Positions 24,107-33,989 of a stretch of 64,000 nt of DNA are shown here, piece after piece (the stretch's first letter is position 1; the number at the start of each line of letters is the position of its first letter). A model generated the notes under the pieces. That model ran no database searches. It had not been told where the DNA came from and saw nothing but the letters and a program-made list of their open reading frames with translations. The DNA is taken from positions 88,350,001-88,414,000 of the forward strand of contig NC_042997.1 in assembly GCF_006345805.1 (NCBI RefSeq), given 5' to 3'. A program made the translations under genes and the position numbers. Source of the DNA: Octopus sinensis (Eukaryota).

Positions 24107-24609
24107 CTAAAAGTGACTAAGGGTGCAAGTCAGCATCAGCATTGCTAGAAATAAAGTCAAGACAACTCTTAGTCATGAACAGAGCATTTTCTGTTCAAAG
24201 AGCACTATCCATTGGCTGACAAGGGAGACAGCCTCCCTACTGCAAGTGACGACACCAGATCACCAGTGATTTCAGATCAAATTAATCCTCATCAGTGACT
24301 AAAATGGTAAAGTGATAATTATCATTTTACCATTTTACTGAATCAGCCACTGATTTGTATGGTATTTTTTATAAACTGACAAGTCAAGTTAGCTTAACCA
24401 TAGGCAATGGAGTAGCATCACCAATGAGGATTAATTTGATCCAACATCACCGATGATCTGGTGCCCTCGCTTACTGTAGGGAGGTTATCTCCTTTGTCAG
24501 TCAATAGATAGTGTGTTTTGAACAGAAAATACTCAGCTCATAGCTAAGAGTTGTCTTGACTCTTATTTCTAGCATTGCTGTGCTGATTTGCACCTTTAGT
24601 CACTTTTAG
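24107..24609. repeat. 503-bp inverted-repeat element (about 190-bp arms) with a hammerhead motif at the inner end of each arm
   Basis: 24107-24298 aligns by eye to the reverse complement of 24418-24609 at roughly 85% identity; no clear target-site duplication. Confidence 0.9.
24255..24298 (-). ncRNA. Minimal type I hammerhead ribozyme motif (core intact)
   Basis: Minus strand: TCA-CTGATGA-GGATT aattt GATCT-GAAA-TCA ctgg TGA-T-C-TGG; stem I 3 bp with one G.U, stem II closed by G.U, AUC triplet. Confidence 0.72.
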
Positions 24610-24674
24610 TGATGATTTGTACTTGTGCCTTTTGGTTTTAAATTGTGACTAGCCACATTGATAATTTATATAGA

Positions 24675-24734
<60 letters not shown>

Positions 24735-24799
24735 TATATATGTCATCATAATCATTTAATATCCATGTTCCATGCTGTTGTGTGTTTGATGGTTTTACA

Positions 24800-25030
24800 G
24801 GATCTGAAGGAGTGTGGTCGTTGCCAGACTGGCCCTCATGCTGGTGGCACATAAAAGCACCCACTACACTCTCGGAGTGGTTGGTATTAGGAAGGGCATC
24901 CAGCAGTAGAAACTTTAGCAGATCAGATTGGAGCCTGGTGCAGCCTTCTGGCTCACCAGTCCTCAGTCAAACCGTCCAACCTATGCCAGCATGAAAAGCA
25001 GACATTAAACAACGATGATGATGATGATGC
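24800..25030 (+). mobile_element. SINE-like family C
   Basis: GGAGTGGTTGGTATTAGGAAGGGCATCCAGC body; CTATGCCAGCATGAAAAGCAGACATTAAAC-(GAT)n tail. Confidence 0.75.
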
Positions 25031-25166
25031 ATATATGTATACATAAGCATATATATGTGTGTGTGTGGGTATGTATATATATATATGTGTATGTGTATAT
25101 ACACTATCTATCTATCTATCATCATCATCATCATCATTTAACGTCCGCTTTCCATGCTAGCATGGG

Positions 25167-25223
<57 letters not shown>

Positions 25224-25226
<3 letters not shown>

Positions 25227-25456
25227 GGTTGGCCAAAAGTCATCTGACAGTAAATCAAAACCATTTAATTCCAAGATTTATTTGTTTAGCTACTGAATGA
25301 GACTTCACTAACAAATACACAAATGTTGAAAAAATGGTGATTTTACCTCACAACATTCAATTATAAAACATTCATAACTAGAATGAATAAATATAATTGA
25401 ATATTAAGTATTTATGGAATTTTGATTTACTGTTGGGTGACTTTTGGCCAACCCTC
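25224..25456. mobile_element. Tc1/mariner-type MITE, 233 bp
   Basis: About 37-bp TIRs CAGGGTTGGCCAAAAGTCATCTGACAGTAAATCAAAA / TTTTGATTTACTGTTGGGTGACTTTTGGCCAACCCTC; TA flanks within TA microsatellite. Confidence 0.85.
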
Positions 25457-25459
25457 TAT

Positions 25460-25659
25460 ATGTGTGTATATATGTATATATACATATATATGTATATATA
25501 TATATATGTGTGTGTATATATATATACATACATACATGTGTGTATATGTACATATATATATATATCTATATATGCATACATATATGTATATATACACTTA
25601 TATATACACATGTATATATGTATATATACATATATGTATATATACACTTATATATACAC

Positions 25660-25700
<41 letters not shown>
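25460..25700. repeat. Complex TA/TG/CA microsatellite directly upstream of the intact HHR
   Basis: Direct reading; source of several spurious ORFs. Confidence 0.95.
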
Positions 25701-25704
<4 letters not shown>

Positions 25705-25705
<1 letters not shown>

Positions 25706-25790
25706 TCCCTGATGAGAAGATTGCATTGTATTACACCATTTTATTCCCTCTGGAATAATATCAATGTTGTCTTCGAAACATATGTCGGAA
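25705..25790 (+). ncRNA. Type I hammerhead ribozyme, Penelope/retrozyme-type, all core positions intact
   Basis: TTCC-CTGATGA-GAAGA...TCTTC-GAAA-C ATAT G-T-C-GGAA; stem I TTCC/GGAA, 59-nt extended stem II, palindromic stem III ACATATGT, GUC triplet, predicted cleavage after 25786. Confidence 0.85.
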
Positions 25791-26641
25791 GTAAAAGAAC
25801 TTGAATAACACCTGCATTTAACTCCATTTATTTATTTATATATGTATATATTTTTATACATATATATACATGTATATATTTATACATATATAAAACACAT
25901 ATATGTGTGTATATATAGATATGTGTGTGTGTTTGTGCATTTTGTGGAAGAAAACTATATACAAGTGTTTGAATGAGAGCACATGAATGATTTTTTTTTT
26001 TTTCATTTTGATAATAAATAATTTTTAGTCTTTTAAACTTTTAATCTATTTTAACCAATCTAATTTTAATAATCAAGAATTCATTTGGTAATCAAGGTAC
26101 TCAAAATATCCAAGGTACCGTACCTGCTTTGTAGATGAGGTGAGTTGGTATCTCACTTATGCCACTGTATTATATACTGTAAGGCAGTTAAACTTTTCTT
26201 TCCTTACTTCTTTGTAGTAAAAGAGATGAAATTTCTTGTAGTTTGCTGAGACAGGTAGTTTGTTAAGCTCCATCACTCAGATTTAATGCTCTCGCATGAA
26301 GAATAGCATAAATAATTAACTCATAATTTTAAATTGATTTAATAAACTAATCAAAGGTGTCTACATTTTTGACCAATATTTTTGCAGCACTGACCGCACT
26401 GTTTCTGTACACAAAAGACATACGTATTTATAACCACCAATGCAGACAAATATGAAAGCCAGTTTCGCACCAAGCCTCTGCTGAAACTATATATTTCCTC
26501 AGCTATACCAAAAACAAAATTGTTGAAAGTGTTTTTTTTTAATTTTTCTTTTGAAATGAAATATTCGCAAAGTGATTTTATTTCTGCAACATTTGCTCAG
26601 GAAAATCTCTTACTCTCCTTTTCCACATTCCATTTTTCTGT

Positions 26642-26646
<5 letters not shown>

Positions 26647-26711
<65 letters not shown>

Positions 26712-26957
26712 ACATGTTTGGCTGTTGGGCTCTGTCTGTTTGTCTGTCTCTATTCTACACCTCTCATTCACTGATACCTATACGTACATTTATATATCTT
26801 ACTCATTCTTTTCTCTTTTGTTTTCTTATACACATTCCATTTCATTGTGTATCTTTCTTCTTCAATCTCTCTTTCATACACAGATTTCTTTACTCTTGCA
26901 TTCAGCTTTTTCGTTTTCTGTGTTCCATTTTTTCTTTGCCCCAATTTTATATCTATC

Positions 26958-27028
<71 letters not shown>

Positions 27029-27060
27029 CATATATATATATGTATGTATGTATGTATCTT
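26647..27060. repeat. (TC)n and (TC)n(TA)n(TATG)n microsatellites
   Basis: Direct reading. Confidence 0.95.
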
Positions 27061-27916
27061 GATTTTCCTTTCTTTCTCTCATTGATTTCACTGTTTCTTT
27101 CCCCTCACTGCTCTTTCTACATTTTAGCACTTCTCTAGAAAATTCCATACAGATTATACAATCTTTCCTAATTCACGATAAATTTTCTGCCCATATTTCT
27201 AGAAATATTTTCAAGAACCTTCAAATTTTGTATCAGCTGGAGATATTTCAAGGATTTTCTTAATTTAATATGTCAATTTTAGTTATATTTTCCTACAAAA
27301 TATTGAATTCCAAGGAATGCTGAAGATTGAAACCATGACTTCTATAGTTCAGCTAAAAACACTTTACCTCCCCCTTTTTTTTTCAGATAATTGTATTTTT
27401 ACTCTCTCTCCCTCTTTCATACATGTATGCATGTGTGTGTGTATGTGTGTGTGAATATTTTTATGCCTGTCTGTATTTGAAGTTGAGAAATTCAACTTAA
27501 CCTATTCACTCTTCCATGTGTATATATATGTATACATCATTACCATTAATACTGTCACATTACCAAAGACTTAGTCTTTGAATTTACTTCTGACACATTC
27601 CTGGCAATAACATCTGTTAATTCTCTTCCTGGCCTTTTTTTATCTTCAGTGAGACCTTATAAGGTAAAAATAAAATGGATATTTTTTTTAAGGCAAGAAT
27701 GTGAAGAACCCATTGTAAGTGAGTGGTGTTGACCATATCAAATAACCTGTATATGTATCTATGTGTATATCTTTTCGAATACACTCTAACAGACCACACA
27801 CTTATTCTTTGAATCATTCACTTTAATCTGTATATCCATCTTTTTACATATCTCTCTTTTTATCTTTCTTATTCTCTCTCTCCTACTCATGTTATTTATA
27901 CATACATAGATACATT

Positions 27917-27948
<32 letters not shown>

Positions 27949-28090
27949 AGCATACACACCCACACACATGTATGTATGCATGTATATGTATAATGCTCTC
28001 TTCAATTCTTGGCCTCTGTCACATTTTCTTTCATACTGCACATACATCTACAGTGGTTCACCTTGCTATTAAAATGTCTTATTTATCTAT

Positions 28091-28199
<109 letters not shown>

Positions 28200-28255
28200 T
28201 TGGTTGTCCTGAATCAGGAAAAAAAGCATACTCTAAAATAAATTTTGAGCAGTTG

Positions 28256-28790
28256 TATTTTTATGTATTTGAGTCATATAACCTTGATTTATTGAATATA
28301 ACCTGTCAGAAAGTTACTATTGCACCTGGCAATGTAGACGTTACATCAGACCTGCTAGCCAGAAGCACATAGCCTTATTACTGATGGAGGCAAATATACA
28401 GTCTCAGTTTGATTATGCAAAAAACAAAATGAATAAAGACGTTTTTGATGCAATGGCTCCCTATTACAATGAAGCTCTGGTAGCTAGTGGGTTTACCGTG
28501 TCACCTATATGCCAGGACCTAACACCCACAAAAGAATGTGCTGATGTAAAATCCTCTGGTTTGCTCCACTCTTCTCATTCAATGTCAAGACCTGTGTTTT
28601 CTTTTGTTTCAGTTTATACTAGCAAACTAAAACTATACTTAACTCCATCAGTATTAAGCTTATGTGCTTCTGGCCAGCTGGTCTGATGAGACAACTATAC
28701 TGCCAAATGCAATAGTGGACATGAAATCAATGGTTACTTTCTGACTAGTTATATGGCAAAACCAATGATGTACTTGATTACATAAAAGTA
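28256..28790. mobile_element. Penelope-like element remnant: inverted HHR-bearing arms around an RT-like fragment
   Basis: 28327-28389 matches the reverse complement of 28643-28705 (about 52/63 by eye); weaker matches extend to 28256/28790; internal peptide KDVFDAMAPYYNEALVASGF (28435-28494) resembles the C-terminal part of PLE RTs (recall). Confidence 0.68.
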
Positions 28791-29002
28791 TACATATAAA
28801 TCATCAAAATCTCTTTTGAACTGTGCATGTCTCACATATTTTCTCCCTCTCATGCTACACATACATATACATTCATTCATATGCATTTTCTCATTATATA
28901 ATTTCAATGGAATGCCCAAAATTAAAAAGACATACTTTAGCTGCCCAGAGATAGAGCAGTTAGATATTACACTTATACTTATGTAGAATGGTTAGTGTTT
29001 GA

Positions 29003-29039
<37 letters not shown>

Positions 29040-31320
29040 TTGATAGATATAGATATAGGGCATATTTCAATTTCAGCATGTACAATCTTTTCTATATCTG
29101 TTGTATTTTCTGGCATACCAGTCAAATGTTTCTCACCAGAATTTACAACCAAAAAAAGCAGGTTGATATATATACCAAGACAACTTTGGAGGACCAAAAA
29201 TTCCATGTGAAATGCAGCAGGATTTGGAAGGATAGTGACAATGTTGTAATGTTTACACTACATTATATACTACATTAACTTGTATGCCAAAAAATAATGA
29301 TGCTTTTCATCAGTCAACATTTTTTCCTTAATTCTTTTGATATATATTCAGTATAGTGTTACCAGTGAATCCAAACTGCTGCAAGTACCCCATAAATTGC
29401 TAGGGTCAAGAATCCTTGTTTGCTAAGCTGAATGCTGGGACCTTAACCTGCAAAGCTATTTTCATTATATCTGTAATAATATTCAACTTGTGACATGTTG
29501 ATCACTGGAACAATTTTATGCAAGATTCATTTTTGTTTCTTTTCCAATTTTAGATAGCATAAATCATTGATAGTTATATAATGGGAAATATATAAACATG
29601 TGTAATAAATACTAAATTTTTTACAAATCTTGAATAAAATTTTATAATTTTTTTTAAATAACACAAGTTTATACAAACAAAATTATTTAAAAATAGGTAA
29701 TTTCAATTTTACCATATCTTGTTCATTGGATATTGTTGATAGGTTGTTCCTTCCATTGGGTGCTTCACTAGTTCTTGCAAAAATGGTTGAACAATCTAAC
29801 AAATTTCTTTGAACTTTCCAATGGTTGAAATAAGTTAAACCAAAAACAAAACTTAAACAAACAAAAAAAAAACAATGATTAGCAACAGCTCAAGCAAGAA
29901 GTGATTCACCTTGCTATGGAAATGTCACATACAGATCAACACAGCAAGTGTCATTCTAGAGGAAAACTTACATATTATAACAACATACAACAGCAGAAAA
30001 CATTCATACAGTGAGAGAAATAACGCATGATAAAGTTTCAATATAAAGCAGTTCCTGATATCTCCATAAATTTAAGAAATGTTGATATCTGAAATATCAT
30101 GTTTAGTTTTGTTTGTTGTTTTTTTTTTATCTCATTCCCTTTCCTCTTGTATTTTATATAACAGAATATTTCCATTTGTTTTACATGTTGATGTGTTCTT
30201 TGTAAGTAGTGTCCATGTACTTGTTACTGTAGGACATGTTACTATTGTGCCAATTACACTGGCTATCCTTTCCTTATATAGCCGAACCCTCTTCCCTTCC
30301 CTCCTTGACTTCTTTAACAATGTTATACTCCCATAACCACCACCACCATAACTACTACTACTACTACTACCACCACCACCACCACCACCAAATTCCTCAA
30401 ATTTGTTTCTTGTTTTTTTTTACTGCATCTTCTTTCATTCATCTACTTGTTTTATTTTTATTAATTTTACTCTTCTTGTTATTTGTTGTTGCTGTTTTAT
30501 TCTTCCTCTATGCAATAAGTTTTATTCAATTCCATCCATACCATTCTATAATCATAAGAAAAGAAAACCAAAATAAAAGGAAAAAACAAAGTAAAAATCA
30601 TCAAAACTTTCTTTCCTGTTTTAAAAGGAACTATTAAAAAAAAAAGAATCACAACTTTTAAATAAATTATTACTTTTTTCTTTTTTTTTTGTTTCAAATT
30701 TTCTATTCATTTATTTATTTATTTATTATTGAGTTTTCCCATCACTTTTCCCAAATGTGTGGCTCTTTTGCAGAATACAAGTTTTCACATTTCTGGTTTC
30801 CTGGTCGAAGTTATTTCTCCTCTGTCTATCATAAAATCCCTATTGATTGAAGATGAGAAATTGTAAAAATAAAGAATAAGACAAAATATAAATTATTTTA
30901 CAGTTTAAATATAAATTGTTTTAATTTCTTGGCCTTAATTAGGAAAATATCCCTCAGAGGATTGATACTAGCAGCAAAGGGAGATAATTCTGAATAAATT
31001 TTGAAAAGTAATTCTGAAAACTATTGTACTCTGACAAAATAGCCAAACAGCATTCACAAAAATTTGAGATTATCCAGAAATAATCGGATGATCTCTAACT
31101 ATTAGCCCTATTTCTACGAGTTGATTGTCAAGATGCGAGATAGATGTTGGATGTGAGTTAAAATGTAACTAAATGACTGTTAATATGACTATGAACTATT
31201 CTACATATCAAACTAAATGCACCAAATATATTAACTGTTTTTTATTGCCCACCCTTAAATGTTCTTTTAGACATTTTTCCAGCTAAAAAAAAAACTACAA
31301 TAATTATTTTATATATATAT

Positions 31321-31368
<48 letters not shown>

Positions 31369-31863
31369 TAATTATTAAAAATATTTTTAACTATTTAAAG
31401 CTGAATTGTATAAATATAAAGAGAAATTATTTTGTCACCTGTTTTCTATATTACCATAAACTGTGACAAATGCCATTGAACCAGAGATAAACTCCTATGA
31501 AGTTCACACCTCAAACCAGTTTCAGTTCTTGGTTGAAATGAGTTTGTTTCACTTGCACTGCTAAAGCCCCCGGAAAAGCATGACCGTCTCAATATCTGAT
31601 TTCCCCACCACCACCACCACCACCACTTTCCCTGAGATAGAGGATTTTTGTACCTAGTAAAAACTATATCAACGTTATGATGATCTGCAGTTAGTAGAGT
31701 CAAGCTAACCATGTAGCAAGCTAAGTCAACAATTTGTAGTTATATCCCCATTGCTGCTGTTACACTTCTCTTCATTTATATAACTAACACTTTGAGAAAG
31801 AGAAAAGCTTGATCATCACAGGAAAGCTTTGCTGTTTTCCTCCATGACATACATAAATATATT

Positions 31864-31900
<37 letters not shown>

Positions 31901-32008
31901 CTTCTGTTTATCTGATGGTAACAAATTAGTTTTCCAGAAGCTATTCCTCTCTAAATCATTGCAAAGTAACAAAACACTTGACAATTTTAGTGTGTATATG
32001 CTACTTAC

Positions 32009-32165
32009 TGCTCTAAAATGTATGTCCCATGATGCCTATTTACAGCCATGTGGACTGAGGTGTGGAAAACTGTTTTTGCATAAGATCTAGGACATTGCTG
32101 AATATGGGCTGATGTCTTTTCAGTTAGCAGTGGTCTGCGGTTAACACAGTGTCTATACAAGGAAT
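32009..32165 (-). CDS. Candidate internal exon of an unidentified minus-strand gene: DSLYRHCVNRRPLLTEKTSAHIQQCPRSYAKTVFHTSVHMAVNRHHGTYILE
   Basis: Pyrimidine-rich acceptor ending ctccctgttag, consensus gtaagt donor, only one open frame (phase 1 in, phase 2 out); no homology recognised. Confidence 0.4.
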
Positions 32166-33255
32166 CTAACAGGGAGGCAGTCAAACAAAGCAATAGAATT
32201 GCATTACATCTTGCTTTCACAAAGTCAGTTTTTCACAAAAATAAAATTTGTATCAAAATTAAGATTTGTGAGGAAAGGTACCAGTTTGCTGATCCTTTCA
32301 TGGTCATGTTTTCAAACTTTGCTATAGCCATTACTGTATTCTTTCTATTTGCTTCAGTTTTCTTGACTCACAGCAATTTCTCCACTTCTACTTCACATTT
32401 GAGTATTTAATAGTGGGAAGATTATCTAAATCTAAAAACGTGTGCTCCATCAAAGATCAACCACTCACATATACTAGTATGGAACAAGAACACAATATGT
32501 AACACACACACATATAGACAGACAGATGTGTGTGTCAAGGGAAAGAGATACAGCTGAGTATCAAAATCAGGTGGCAACTCAGCTCCCAGGAAGCTAGTCT
32601 ATGGAAAACATCCAAGAGAAACACAATATTACATATACTAATGGATGTAAATAGCAGAGATAGAAAATTTGGTAATATGTGAAATGAAATTATGAAATTA
32701 CAAAATTACATATATTCTTGATATGTGTCTGCAAATATTTCAGGTGTGTGAAAGATGTAAAATATCTGCCATTTCAGCTAAAGCATGGAAACAGCTAAAG
32801 ATGTTACTTAAAGTTCAACTCTTTGTATCTGCAAGTGTGTGTGTGTGAGAGAGATAGAGTGTGTGTGTATGCTTTTTTTTATTTCATTTATTCGTTGTAT
32901 GTGAGACAAAGAGAGTCAATTGCTTGGTGTTCTGTATCTGATATCTATCAATGAGAGATATCTACTACTAGCTTGAAGTGAAATGTTAATCTACTTTCTG
33001 TGGAAGATATGCCTCTGTTATATCTTTTGTCCTCCAAGCCCATCATAGCATTTGGATCCTACATCACAAGATAAGAACAGTAACCTTTTTCCTTCTTCAA
33101 ATAGCAAACTGTACTTTATTATATTGCTTATTAATGGTTTACTAAACTTAGCTTTTGAGAAATTAATGGTTTTAGTTCTTTTTCTTCAACTGAACCTATA
33201 AAACTGCAAATTAAACATTTATTTTAATATCATGACAATATCCTATCAACTCTTC

Positions 33256-33302
<47 letters not shown>

Positions 33303-33944
33303 ATATATATATATAATGTTTGTGCATGTTTAAGTTGTCCTTAATCCAACCCTGATTTAAACATAGCATAGGATTAAAGAATAGTAGAACCAACATTAGA
33401 CATTATTTCCTCTCTTTGAAGACTAAAATAAGCAAGTTTAGTAATTTGCCATCAAGCTTTTCCTACTTCCTGCATTTATTGTTTATTATAACCTTCAAAA
33501 TAGTAATTAGTGTCCTATATTTCAGCTAATATTTGTGTCATTATACTTTTTATATCATATACTTCATGTGTTTTAGTCTGGGCCAGATCAAGACCAAGTG
33601 AAGGCCTAAGCATAACCCAGCAATAGTGTCCCACTCCCCCAATCCTTCTAATGTCTAACTGTCAAACCATAAATACAGAAAGTAAAATAATTGAGTAAAA
33701 ATTCAGTCTTCTTCCAGACCAACACTCAGGCCATACTACTGCATTAAATATTAATCTGCTTAATTTATTAATTTTACTAAATAATAAATAACGCTAAACA
33801 GTTATGTAACTTGTTATATTTTGGGATGGTCTTCCTTTGGGGTTTTTTCTTGACAAATAAGCACACACACTATATATTCGTGCTTCACTTGTTTATTATT
33901 GTTCTTATTTTATGTCCATTGTCTGGAAATCTTTCATCACACAC

Positions 33945-33989
33945 CTGTGACCTCTTCAGCGACTCTTCCATTCCATGTTTCCTCCTGTT
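33945..33989 (-). CDS. Candidate micro-exon of the same gene: (Q)EETWNGRVAEEVT
   Basis: Strong acceptor ttttatcttatgtttgtttttaaacag (second AG 5 nt downstream), cag|gtgtgt donor; phase 1 out fits the 32165 exon. Confidence 0.3.

Noticed and set aside
25397-25804. Overlapping 63-135 aa ORFs rich in Y/I/M/C (similar cases at 5316-5715, 26520-27148, 27972-28241, 54292-54819)
   Set aside because: Translations of TA/TG/TC microsatellites, which lack stop codons in some frames
27193-27208. 16-bp palindrome ATATTTCTAGAAATAT containing the CTAGAAATA motif
   Set aside because: Short and AT-rich, with no flanking arm similarity
30079-30697. ORFs with poly-His/Tyr and hydrophobic runs
   Set aside because: Produced by (CAC)n/(TAC)n and T-rich tracts; could be the 3' UTR of the candidate minus-strand gene but not coding
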